DNA of 36,933 nt from the IMG/VR virus record IMGVR_UViG_3300032254_000019, positions 1 through 36,933 of that record. One strand, given 5' to 3'. The stretch comes from a virus. Its lineage: Duplodnaviria > Caudoviricetes. The notes below the pieces were generated by a model. That model saw only the letters and a list, made by a program, of their open reading frames with translations. It was not told the origin of the DNA and ran no database searches. The position numbers and the translations under genes are program-made. Shown in pieces: positions 15,293-26,000 of this stretch (the first letter of the stretch is position 1; the number at the start of each line of letters is the position of its first letter).

Positions 15293-15747
15293 AATACCTT
15301 TATTCTAGTGGTGTTTCGAACATCACCGTGAAACCATGATACTTTATCTTCAATAGCTGTTAGGTCCGGGAATTTTGACGGGTTTTTTAGAATATATTCT
15401 CTCACCTCGGCGGCTGTGGTATCTCTGAATAAAGCGTCTGAGGCGCGCCCGAACTTATGCTGTGATAGTGAGCGGTCATAGCGTTTAAACATAGCGAGAT
15501 CATCATCACCTCTCTGCCTATAGAACTCAGCTGTGCGGAACCCTGACCAGCTCCGTCGTCCGTAGGTACTTGATAGTGATTCAGAGTGCCATGTATTAAT
15601 AATCATCGTGCCGAAGTAACTACGTAATAAATCATTAGTACGAATAAGGCGCGGGTCGATCAGCTCCCATGCTTTATCCCCGCGCTGCTCGAATATATGC
15701 GGTGGAACGTATTCTTCGATGCTGAAGTAAATAGCTTTAACTGTCAT
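15289..15747 (-). CDS. Endolysin, peptidase M15 family
   Basis: SGFR, SQHKFGRASD, WFHGDVR zinc-peptidase motifs. Confidence 0.88.
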   Translation of the reverse strand: MTVKAIYFSIEEYVPPHIFEQRGDKAWELIDPRLIRTNDLLRSYFGTMIINTWHSESLSSTYGRRSWSGFRTAEFYRQRGDDDLAMFKRYDRSLSQHKFGRASDALFRDTTAAEVREYILKNPSKFPDLTAIEDKVSWFHGDVRNTTRIKVF

Positions 15748-16118
15748 TAGCAGTGTCTCCCACTTGGGTCAAATTTATCAAGTAACCGTTTACAAATCGA
15801 ACGTGACCACCTACCTCTAAAGTCTGTACGATTCTTATTTCTAATCATACGTGATGAGAGAGTGAACTCTTTTGGAAGCTGTAGGAATGGAATCGTGGCA
15901 ACCATATTCAATGCCACGTCCAGTATGACGCCGATAATTAGTATCTGGGCTGCGAACGGTCTGACCCAACCTTCTAGATTCTCTTTATTGCGTTTGAGGT
16001 TCATTACAGCAAGGTAAAATATCCATACTGCGAGAGCGAGAAGGTATGTAAAACCAAGAAACTTTAGGCCAATGACTGCCATAGTGTATAGTTCACTTAA
16101 ATTATCCATTATTTCCAC
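15747..16118 (-). CDS. Membrane protein (two hydrophobic segments)
   Basis: LDVALN...TLSSRM...IC..LLDKFDPSGRHC. Confidence 0.75.
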   Translation of the reverse strand: MEIMDNLSELYTMAVIGLKFLGFTYLLALAVWIFYLAVMNLKRNKENLEGWVRPFAAQILIIGVILDVALNMVATIPFLQLPKEFTLSSRMIRNKNRTDFRGRWSRSICKRLLDKFDPSGRHC

Positions 16119-17620
16119 CTCGCGTCTACAATCATTAATCCCGCTGGGCCACTTCTAGCTAGTGGTGTGTTGCCAACATTGATATAGTTATCATGAATGA
16201 TTTCGTTAACACTTTCCCCATTACCATTATCACACAATTCCATCAAGTCAATAGTGGTTTGTGACATTGGGTCAAGTAAAATTGGCGTAAAATCCGGACT
16301 TGCTTCAAACGGGTGAGGGATTAAATCCATGTCCGCATTTTTCATTAAAGGAGTAAGTTCGATTTCGTCCTCAACCGCTGAGCGTTTTGCTTCGAGTACA
16401 GCTTTTTTGTAAGCTACCTTTTGCGCCATTGATGAATTGGACTTGATAGGTGCAGGCATAGAGAAATTATTATGTTTGATATATTGCTTGCCATCATTAG
16501 TATGACGATCAGCAGTAACTTTTGTTGGACCATTGTAAATCCATGGAGGGGTATCAGCAGAATATACACTAACGATATTGCCCTGTGAGTCTACATTTGC
16601 AAAGATGAAAAATGGAACTTCACCATCACCAAGATCGTATGGAGGTGACGCTGTTACATATCGCTGTTGTGCGGAGGCAATAGCATTATTATTCGCATAA
16701 ATGTTAATGCTCGCACTATAACTATCGCCATAAGTACTGGCAACGTAATTTTGATTAGGATCACTACTGCCCCAATAAGCAGTTGCAATGGGTAAATTCG
16801 ACCTTAATCTAGGGTAGAATCCATGTGCTCCTCCGGGCAAAACCATAATCTGACTATATGGGGTCGTGACAGATACTTCGCCAACTGATGTTTTCAACTC
16901 ATTCTGACCTACTCTACCAACTAAATTTGAATTTGTTATAATCTCACTGCCGTATAAAGATCCGACTGACGTAGTGTTATTTAACTCAAGTGGATTTGCA
17001 CCATCCCAAGCTCCACTATCATCTCTGTCTGTTAAGACGGAGAATGTGTCTGTGTCGGCATATAGCCAAAAATCATCAGCACCGGCAGTTGTATCACTAA
17101 GTTTTATACCCGGATTGGTTCCTTCAACAGTAACCGTGTTAGTGAACGTCTTCGCGCCAGTGATAGTCTGACTCCCGTCTCGCAGCACAGCTCCCCATGG
17201 CGAGAACCGCACAGGTACGATAATGGTGTTGTCTATCACCACTGTTGATGTTTCTAACTGAAAGTAGGCCAGCGGCACACGGCCACTTGTTACGGATGGA
17301 ATACTTGGAGATGCGTTTTCTGTCCCAGTAATGACGTAAGCAGTACCTGTAAGTGGATCAAGCTCTACAAGGTCAATACGAGGATTGACACCTGGCGCTG
17401 TCAAAGGTCCAAGCGTCTGAGCAGCCTGCTCGATGATCGTAGCACCTGTAAACTGCGCCCCACTATCGACCACAACATTCATGTCAGGTGTGGCTGATTC
17501 GTGAACTGAAAACGCTGCCGCCAACTCACTTACGGCCCTGGTCATGGCATCAATATTCGCCTTATACTGAGATCCTGACTGAGTTGTGTAGTCAGGCTGT
17601 AATGGGGTAGCAGTACTCAT
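16109..17620 (-). CDS. Tail fiber/receptor-binding protein
   Basis: NPRIDLV shoulder-type motif, QTITGAKTF fiber repeat; follows the tail tip gene. Confidence 0.75.
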   Translation of the reverse strand: MSTATPLQPDYTTQSGSQYKANIDAMTRAVSELAAAFSVHESATPDMNVVVDSGAQFTGATIIEQAAQTLGPLTAPGVNPRIDLVELDPLTGTAYVITGTENASPSIPSVTSGRVPLAYFQLETSTVVIDNTIIVPVRFSPWGAVLRDGSQTITGAKTFTNTVTVEGTNPGIKLSDTTAGADDFWLYADTDTFSVLTDRDDSGAWDGANPLELNNTTSVGSLYGSEIITNSNLVGRVGQNELKTSVGEVSVTTPYSQIMVLPGGAHGFYPRLRSNLPIATAYWGSSDPNQNYVASTYGDSYSASINIYANNNAIASAQQRYVTASPPYDLGDGEVPFFIFANVDSQGNIVSVYSADTPPWIYNGPTKVTADRHTNDGKQYIKHNNFSMPAPIKSNSSMAQKVAYKKAVLEAKRSAVEDEIELTPLMKNADMDLIPHPFEASPDFTPILLDPMSQTTIDLMELCDNGNGESVNEIIHDNYINVGNTPLARSGPAGLMIVDARWK

Positions 17621-17623
17621 AAA

Positions 17624-20600
17624 TTAGTTACCTGTAATAAATACATCTCGCACCAGTTGAATGTCCACATCATTTTTGTCTAATAAGTATAGATCCGCAC
17701 CTAATACCGTCAAGTTGTCCGCGTATACATCGTACCCTGAAGTGCCTTCTTTTGCCACTGTAACACGTGGTAGCGAGTGAAATTGACGTGGAAATACGAT
17801 CGGAGTAGGTCCTGGGGTGGTAAACTGGAAGTCTCTGACTATGACTGTCTCTTCAACGTTATCGACTGTCGTATCAAACTGTGAAATTATGCCAATCCCT
17901 TTGGCGTTATCCTGAACAATTTCAAACTGGAAGTACCGGCCTTCACGCTCACCAATGGTCCATATCTCACCGCCGTCATAGCTATCACCGTCTAGCCTAT
18001 AGTCTAGGTATACAGCCGTTGATATCTGACCTGTAGACCCTGGCGCCAGATAGGCGTCGAGTGTATACCACATCCTAGCTATGTCATCGAATCCAGCATC
18101 AAGCTCAGGTGCCAAAAACCGACTCTCAGAGAATGGAGAGTACACAGCCTCATCCCACAGCTGTGCGTCTGTCATGTCTGACGCCAACACAGTGGAGTCC
18201 GGTACCAATACCCCTGTCCAGTGTTTAATGAACCTAGTCAGTGTACCTGCCCATGCTGGAGCATTATATTGCTTCGAGATATCTACGTTCTTACTGACTA
18301 TCTCAAGCTGATCGACTGTCTGATTTATTGACTCATTGCCATTGGTATCTACATATTTAGCACCTACTTCCCACACTCCTGGGGGGATATCAGCAGACAG
18401 TTTATTTATACCGCGTTCCCCATCAGATATAACGGCCTTATCTTCCCATGCGCTCCCGACTTTTCCATACGCTATCTTCGCGCCGTCACGCCCGATATCT
18501 GACGTTGCAGGCCATCGCATATCCGCTAGACCACTGCCTGACTGGGTAGCTCTGATTGTTGGAACATCTTCGATCTGGGTACGGGTATAAGGTAGCGTAA
18601 TCGGATCACTTATATTCCCAGATGTATCTACAACATAAACACTTATATTATATGTACCTGGGGTCTTTAGAGCTGCCGTGTCGGATATAAAGTCAAAGCT
18701 GTCAAAGTGGTCATGTGTGGCTGTACCTTCGACTTCGAGCACAAAATAATTGAAATCGACAGGTTTATTTGAATACTCGATGCTTATATAGTGGTCGCCA
18801 TTTGCCTGGCGCGTGACTGTAAAAGTATCCACCGGATCTGGAAGCGCAGCCTTGCCTACAATAGTGTATGCAGCACTAAGTGTACTATTGGCACCACTGC
18901 GTCCACGGTTGTTAAACCCGGTTATCTCAATATCAATCAGGCCGCTAACAGGGCCTTGAAACTCAAACGTGCGGATCGCACCGACGCCACCCATCATAGG
19001 ACGCCATGACTCGCCCGGAGCGCGCCATCTTACCCACGCCCCGCCATAATCACCGCTAACGTCCCACGCCATGGTTATATTCACAGCAAAACTACTTCCC
19101 ACTCGTATAAGTGTATCGGACACCTCAAGGTTTGATAGTGAAGGGTAGAAATTACTATACAGCGATGGGTTGACGTATACGCCGCTACCTAACTCCGACG
19201 CATAATACGCAGGATCTTCATCAGTCGCAGTCAATCTGACTCGCTTATCACTGACAGGTCTGACATCAAGAATTTTAAGTTTCTTTCCAGGTGTCGCTTC
19301 AGGCTCAAAAAACCATAAGTAATCTACAGGATAATTTCCGTCCGGGTCATTATCAGGTGCAGCAGTTAACGGTGTAGTCAGTGTAATGACATTACTTGGC
19401 CCAACCTGATAATCAACGGCGTTCACCTCATACGTCCCATCAGGGTATCGTATGCCTATATAGTGAGTCGTCGCAGGTGTGAACGGAACCTCGCGGTCTA
19501 GTACTAGCGTATTAATAGTCCCAGACTCTAGTCGCCCTGAGTACCCCCAGCTTGTAAGATCATGTGATACGGTTACTACATCACCTCTCTGTACGACCAT
19601 CCCCTCAAAATCACTCTCCCATTCGACGCGGCGACGGCGATAGTACTGCTGAGCTGCCAGGAGAAGGGCTTCCTTCTCGGCTTGAATCTTACTGGTACAC
19701 CCCATCAGTTGAATCTTGGCTATGTTGATCGGTGATGTGACTCCAGGGGTATTCGCCAAAACAACATCTGGCTGCCAATTAAGTGCTGGATTTATAAATT
19801 CAACTTCTATGGCATCGGCGAGTGAGCCGGTAACATAACTTATCTTGAAAGTATCTCGGATAATATTCCCCATTCCGAACTGCTGGATTACGGGCTGATT
19901 GTCCGCGTCCCAGATTACACCTAGCTTCCCACTTGCCCATGATACTGTTGCACGTCCCATGCGTGCAATTATCGTCAAAGTCTCGAATACTGATGTCTTA
20001 CGGTCAAGTACTAGATTAACTTCGAGACCTTTGCTATCGCACCATGCTCCCCACTCTTTGACTGCTTCGATATCAATTCTAGCATCCTGTATATCAGCGC
20101 CGAACATTCTGCGGCCATTAGCCGCAAGCTTGCCAATAGCGAACCATCTGAACCACCACGCAGGGTTACTGGTTGGTTGGCGCACCCACGCAGCGCCTGT
20201 CCATGCCTCGCACTCAGCTGTAGCAATACTATTTAGCGCGTCGATACGACCTTGTAGCTGCCCAGATGCACGGATTGAAAGTGCTAATCTATGCTGTCCG
20301 CTATAGTCAGCGTCGTCGGACTGATATGAGCGTAGCACTGACCATGTAATGTCAGATGTAAATTTGGTTGTGTTCGAATCTGCTGCTGACACACGGCGAA
20401 GCCTAATGTCATATTGCCCCTTTTGGACTTCCCGCGAATACGTTAGACGAACAGGTGCGCGGTCACTATTTGTTATTACTACAGCCGCACTTGAACCTAC
20501 AAACGGAACCCAACTCCCCCCGACGGGGCGGTACTCCATCTCAAGCGTAACCGAGTGACTCTCAATGCCATTATTGCCTGCATAAAACAGGTATCCGGTA

Positions 20601-21811
20601 ATATCTATCGAGAGCTTGACAGTATCAAGGCTTGATGTGCGCGTAGCCCATAATGGCAGTTCAGATACAACGACATTATCTATATAGGCAATTGTTGAAT
20701 CAGTGTCATTTGTGAGTCTAAATGTAGGAGATCCACCGCTACCAGCTACGATAGTTTCAGTCTTTAATCCAACTGTACTGTGTAATACGCCACTAGTACC
20801 CCCAACAGATGCGACTACACCGCCGTAGGCATATATAAGGTTAAACGCTACAAGATAGGAATTACCGGCGCTAACGGTAATATTCTGACTTATAATCCCA
20901 TAATCGTCGCCGCCGAAACGCGCTTGACCGCCATTTGTGTAAACATCACCATTAACATTCCAATTAGAAAGGCCATCGTCAAAATTGCCGTTAGTGACAA
21001 GATTAGGATTGCTGTCCAGCGATACTCCTACCGCCAGGCTATCAACATTACCTGGAAACAGATTAATTGTCGCGCCTACGCTCTCCTCCTGAGATATATC
21101 ACTAAAGTTACTTAACGGCGTATCTCCAATTCGAGTATCGCTAAGCGTCATATCACTTAGGCCATAGTTATATATCCCGTATAAATATTGGTCTGTGCCT
21201 ACCAACTCAGTGTATTCACGTGCTCCAAGGTCCGGATATATCCGATGCTCTCCAATCACGATAGGCATGGGTCCCATAAGTCTTGGGCGATTAGCACCAC
21301 CACTAAGAGAATATGTCGGACTATCATCATCCCCCTGCGCGTCTGCCAGTCGTTGTGTAGGCGGTGGGAGTAACGCATTAACTATCATTAGGCCGCCCAT
21401 GCTAATTAGCGCTTTGCCCACGGCAAGTTTAGTACCAGTAAGTCCTATACCACCAGCGAGGGCAGGCGCTGCGAAATAGATGACTGCCAAGGAAAGCATC
21501 GTACGTGCAACCTTGTTTTTATCGTCTCCACCACCGTGTACCAAAGCCCTTACGGTGATCGTATCCCCTTGAGCAGGGAATGTAATTGGCCATTCAGTAC
21601 GCTCAATTTGTACATCGTTGACATACAAACTGACAGGTCTATCCGCGAATCTAGCATCAAGCCGTGATAGATATGCAGCAATAGACTCACCTTTGAAAAA
21701 TGCCGCGTTAAATGTCTCTCGTCCAGAAGCTGTTAGCGGGTGTGGGCACCAAAGCATTGTAGGTACGCTGCTCGATGCTACTAATGACCTATTACGTGGG
21801 ATCATAGCCAT
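17624..21811 (-). CDS. Tail tip/host specificity protein (gpJ-like with fused gpI-like N-terminus)
   Basis: SPTYSLSGGAN, PIVIGEHRIYPD, SNPAW, FnIII-like C-terminal region; 1395 aa. Confidence 0.9.
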   Translation of the reverse strand: MAMIPRNRSLVASSSVPTMLWCPHPLTASGRETFNAAFFKGESIAAYLSRLDARFADRPVSLYVNDVQIERTEWPITFPAQGDTITVRALVHGGGDDKNKVARTMLSLAVIYFAAPALAGGIGLTGTKLAVGKALISMGGLMIVNALLPPPTQRLADAQGDDDSPTYSLSGGANRPRLMGPMPIVIGEHRIYPDLGAREYTELVGTDQYLYGIYNYGLSDMTLSDTRIGDTPLSNFSDISQEESVGATINLFPGNVDSLAVGVSLDSNPNLVTNGNFDDGLSNWNVNGDVYTNGGQARFGGDDYGIISQNITVSAGNSYLVAFNLIYAYGGVVASVGGTSGVLHSTVGLKTETIVAGSGGSPTFRLTNDTDSTIAYIDNVVVSELPLWATRTSSLDTVKLSIDITGYLFYAGNNGIESHSVTLEMEYRPVGGSWVPFVGSSAAVVITNSDRAPVRLTYSREVQKGQYDIRLRRVSAADSNTTKFTSDITWSVLRSYQSDDADYSGQHRLALSIRASGQLQGRIDALNSIATAECEAWTGAAWVRQPTSNPAWWFRWFAIGKLAANGRRMFGADIQDARIDIEAVKEWGAWCDSKGLEVNLVLDRKTSVFETLTIIARMGRATVSWASGKLGVIWDADNQPVIQQFGMGNIIRDTFKISYVTGSLADAIEVEFINPALNWQPDVVLANTPGVTSPINIAKIQLMGCTSKIQAEKEALLLAAQQYYRRRRVEWESDFEGMVVQRGDVVTVSHDLTSWGYSGRLESGTINTLVLDREVPFTPATTHYIGIRYPDGTYEVNAVDYQVGPSNVITLTTPLTAAPDNDPDGNYPVDYLWFFEPEATPGKKLKILDVRPVSDKRVRLTATDEDPAYYASELGSGVYVNPSLYSNFYPSLSNLEVSDTLIRVGSSFAVNITMAWDVSGDYGGAWVRWRAPGESWRPMMGGVGAIRTFEFQGPVSGLIDIEITGFNNRGRSGANSTLSAAYTIVGKAALPDPVDTFTVTRQANGDHYISIEYSNKPVDFNYFVLEVEGTATHDHFDSFDFISDTAALKTPGTYNISVYVVDTSGNISDPITLPYTRTQIEDVPTIRATQSGSGLADMRWPATSDIGRDGAKIAYGKVGSAWEDKAVISDGERGINKLSADIPPGVWEVGAKYVDTNGNESINQTVDQLEIVSKNVDISKQYNAPAWAGTLTRFIKHWTGVLVPDSTVLASDMTDAQLWDEAVYSPFSESRFLAPELDAGFDDIARMWYTLDAYLAPGSTGQISTAVYLDYRLDGDSYDGGEIWTIGEREGRYFQFEIVQDNAKGIGIISQFDTTVDNVEETVIVRDFQFTTPGPTPIVFPRQFHSLPRVTVAKEGTSGYDVYADNLTVLGADLYLLDKNDVDIQLVRDVFITGN

Positions 21812-22185
21812 TTATAAATCCCTTCGACATCCAGTCCGTATTTTGTCAGATCACGTAAACGGTGAAGGCATACCTGCCCGGCTTTCTCCATCGCGTGAAC
21901 TACAAATGCAACGCCGTTAACTTCGCAGTACACTCCGATATGGTTGGTTCTACCTCTACCAACCATGAGCACACAATCGCCCTCAGAAGGCGTATCGGTC
22001 AATGACGCATAGACATCCTTATGTTTCTGGATTAGGCTGGCATGTGTGCGGTAGTGCTGCACAGTACATACAGGTAGAGAGATACTGACCGAAAATACCT
22101 CCGACAAGACTTTTTCTACGAACATAGCGCAGTTATTTGATGCTGGGTCATACGGCATGCCTATGTATTTCTCGGACCAGTGCAT
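21802..22185 (-). CDS. NlpC/P60 tail assembly protein, gpK-like (ORF track start 22224)
   Basis: YIGMPY..NC, GDCVLM, HIGVY, VHA. Confidence 0.85.
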   Translation of the reverse strand: MHWSEKYIGMPYDPASNNCAMFVEKVLSEVFSVSISLPVCTVQHYRTHASLIQKHKDVYASLTDTPSEGDCVLMVGRGRTNHIGVYCEVNGVAFVVHAMEKAGQVCLHRLRDLTKYGLDVEGIYKWL

Positions 22186-22658
22186 TAATACAGCCCCGGA
22201 GCTAAATCTTTGCTGTATATCCATGCGACACCCTGCTGATTAAATATATCCTGGTATCCCAATGCACCCGATATGACAAGCGGTGATTGACTAACGTTCG
22301 ACAGTTCGAGAGTAGTCTCCCATTCGACGACATCTTGAGCGTCACGCATAACCTGTATAAATCGTACACTAGCTCCTTTCCCGCCCCCGGATACATCGAG
22401 CCACTGTGTAATCTCACGCCCTACATTGTCAATGGATAACTCGGCACTCGGCATGCCTTGTTCTAAATCATCCGGCATACGTACATTGAACGCCATAGCG
22501 ATAAACACATTCCCTAAATGTGTTATATCTGTGTTGTCGTTTACAACCCTAATAGGCACGGGTAAATCGACACTATCTATCTCAAGAAGGATTAACGGCG
22601 CGACACCAGCAGTGGTATTTACCTGTTTATGATAATTCGAAGAATATGTACGAGCCAT
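22185..22658 (-). CDS. Minor tail protein (DUF1833-like)
   Basis: PIRVVNDNTDI, LSIDNVGREI, PGLY; position. Confidence 0.8.
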   Translation of the reverse strand: MARTYSSNYHKQVNTTAGVAPLILLEIDSVDLPVPIRVVNDNTDITHLGNVFIAMAFNVRMPDDLEQGMPSAELSIDNVGREITQWLDVSGGGKGASVRFIQVMRDAQDVVEWETTLELSNVSQSPLVISGALGYQDIFNQQGVAWIYSKDLAPGLY

Positions 22659-23008
22659 TATTCAAAACTCTCAAATACCATAGTTACTGTGAAGTATGCC
22701 ATACTTGCATCTACAGGCGTCGCATCTGATATATCACCTCCAACGATCCTTGTCTGTAAGATGCTGGATGTTCTAGGGTCAGTCCATTCAAACCACCCGA
22801 TATAATCAATAGTAGTTATAATGAAACTCAGGAAAGCCGTGTACTCAGCTGCGGTAAACAAATAAGTAACAGGAAATGTAACCAGTATTCTGCTATCAAC
22901 CCGAGTCTGCTTGATTGAACCATTTTCGAACTCAGTACGCTCGACGGTTGGAAGTCTGCGTTCTTGATACCCGCTAGCCAGTAACTTGCCGCTAGGAAAG
23001 GCAGCCAC
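22658..23008 (-). CDS. Distal tail protein (gpM-like)
   Basis: RTEFENG..KQ, WFEWTDP; directly after tape measure. Confidence 0.75.
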   Translation of the reverse strand: MAAFPSGKLLASGYQERRLPTVERTEFENGSIKQTRVDSRILVTFPVTYLFTAAEYTAFLSFIITTIDYIGWFEWTDPRTSSILQTRIVGGDISDATPVDASMAYFTVTMVFESFE

Positions 23009-26000
23009 TAAAATGCGCCTCTACTGTTAAGTGCACCGTAAATAGGTCCGCCACCTCTAATATCTTCAAGGATTACATTTACAATCATGCCTTCAGGGTC
23101 CATCGTTACTTTAGCACCTCTAACTTCTTTTTGTGCGCCACTATTTGTAATCGTAACACGTACATCAACAGGCGCTGACTCTGCCTGAACGCCAAGATTA
23201 CCGCCTGATAGACGTTTAAGCGGCAGTATAGCCTCTGTCCCTGCCTCGCCCATAAGTCCTGTGCCGCCGTTAGCCATAGGGAATTTTGTAGGTCGAGATA
23301 CTATCCCACCATTCGCAAATGGTACGACATTGCCTTGGTTGAACACGTTTCCATTCGCGCTCTTTACGTTAAGTCCTGGGAGACGCGGATAAGATCCGGC
23401 TCCAACTGCTCCTTCAGTAGGGCCAGAGCCAGGGATTATACTTAGAGCCGTAAGTATCGGCGTAACGATTCGCTGCCGTATGGAGATTGCGAGTAGGTCG
23501 TTCAAAATAGAATCTCGAAGACTCCTAAAGTCAGATTTCCCCTTAATAACTGTCTCAGCTATTGTATTTGAAAATGTATCACCCCAATTTCTTACTGCGT
23601 TCTTCCACTCATCAAGATCTTTGTTACCTGATTTATATAATTCCCTTAACGCGGCCTCATAGTTGTTCAACTGGTCATTATTATCCTTTGTAATTATATT
23701 AGTCTCTTTTAGAATATCATTACGCGCTTTCCCTACTTTTGCAGCAATCTGCTGCTCAGCTGAATATGCAGCAAGTGCGTCACTTCCACGATTACGCGCA
23801 TCTGCCTCCTGATCCAACTGTAATATTTTCGCACCTAGCTTCTCAGATGCTGACATTGCCTGTGCTGACTTAAGTGTAGACTCTAATCGCCTTAGTGCTT
23901 CCTCAGCAGTAACTGTACCTGGAACTAGTTCTTTAAGCTTAGTTCTCAGCTCCGCTAGGTCAGCGGCAGATGTAGGAATTGATCCATTAAGCCTGTCGCT
24001 GGCATCTTTCAAATACGCTAACTTATCAGCGAATTGATTCGCTACCGCTATATTAGGAAACGCTTCATCTCTCAGATTTTTCAATGAAAGTACTAAGTCA
24101 CCAACATTAAATTCTTTAGGAATTTCTACAGACGAAAAGCTTTTGAGGGCAGCCTCAGCAGCAGCTAAGTCTCCTGACGCGCCTGCTAATGAAAGCGCGA
24201 GGTCACGTATATTATTCTTTAAAACTATGATTCTATCGTCAGCAGCGGCGACACTATTAAGACGTTCGAGTGCTTTCTCAGCAGTGTCCGCCCCAGAAAC
24301 GAGACGTGAAAATATTGTCGCAAGACTATTTCTACCACTTAAATATTTCTCGCCGGACTTTGTAAGTGCTGTAAACGGGTCTAAGTAACTGAACGAAAGC
24401 TCATCCCTAAGTCCGATAGCGTCACGTTTTATTTTATCTACCTGGGATCTAAATGTCTCAACATCCTTGCGTAGCTGAGTCTCCTCTATAATCTTACTCT
24501 CAGATCTAAGTTCGCGCATAGTCCCTGTAAATCTATCGACCCTTGATTTTGCGGCGTCTAACTCTCCCTCAAACGTCTTTATGTCATCAGATGCACCAAT
24601 AAATCTATCCCCAAGTGCCCAAACAACGGCAATAAGCGCGCCGATAGGTCCGCCCAGTGTCTTGAATGCAGCACCAGTTCGCTTAACTATCGCAGTAAAT
24701 CCAGATGCGGCAGCGGCAGCTGCATCTACCGAAGTGCGGAACGCAATTATCCCACCGATTGCCGACTTCATTACCGCACCTACGGCGAACCCAGCTATAC
24801 CGGCGAGTACTAAATCTATGTTCCGCACAAGTCCAAGAAGCGCAGCACTCATAAGCTCCGCCATGGCTGTAAATGAGTTCCCGACCGCATTGGTTACGTT
24901 AACATCACCTGTAAGCACTTTTAGTTTAGCGTTGAACTCGGCAACTACTTCAGATAACCCACTTACAAGTGTAGTTCCTGTAGATGCCTGTTCAAAAAAC
25001 TGCGCAACCCGCTCCTTTAGCGTATCGAATTGCCCAGCCAATCCCTTTGCCTCTGCCTCAGCAGCCTTCATCGCGGGTTCAAGGCGTTTTAATAGTAGGG
25101 CCTGTAATTCAAACTGCCGACCTGATTGCTTCAGAAACTTGATTTTATCTTTTTCAGCATCAGTGAACTGAATGCCTGCTCTGCGAAGCGAGTTAAGGTT
25201 AGCTACAGGATCTTCAAACAGACGGCCTAACCTGCGAGTGTTATCACTTAACGACCCGCCTAAAAGTGCTGACAGCCCCTGTGCCGACATCAATACTTGT
25301 TCGAATGTTTCCTTCCCGACTCCTCTGAACGTTAAAAGTACAGCGGCGGCATCTCTAGCGGCAGACGCACTTGTAAGTGTTGCTTCGCCGACGCGAATAG
25401 CCATCTGACCTATTTCATCTGCACTTATCCCAGCAGCCATGCCGGTTGCGTCGATTACACCCTCAATTTTGAGCATCTGAGATTCGAACAATGCTCCGGC
25501 TTTTACAGTTTTAAATAATGCTACCGAGAATCCAGTAATCGCACCGATGGCAGCCGCAACATTTGCAGTATTTCGATTAAATAATGCTGTCATTGCAGTA
25601 ATACGCGATGCGACGCCAGATAGAGGACCAAGTGCTACCTGTACAGACTTAGAAAGATCCTCCATTCTGCGCTTGTACGCTTTTATATCGGCTTTCCGAG
25701 CGGCCGCATTCACACTCGATATTCTGCGTCTGACTGTCCCCAGCCGACTCTCAAGTTTTGCCTGGGCACCTTGTAATGCGTTAGACGACAGCACTCCTTT
25801 ACTGAGTGTACGTTCGTACTCCTTAAATGCACCGCTTGCAAGTTTTGTTGCCCGTGCGCCTGTACCTGAGCGCTGAATAGCAGCAGTCAGATTCCTGACC
25901 TTCTCCCGGGTACTGTCCAATGACTTCTGCTGCCGTAGCTGCGCAGACTCGAAAAGTTTCGCTGCCGCGATGGTATTTCCGCGAAGTTTTGACTGTGCTG

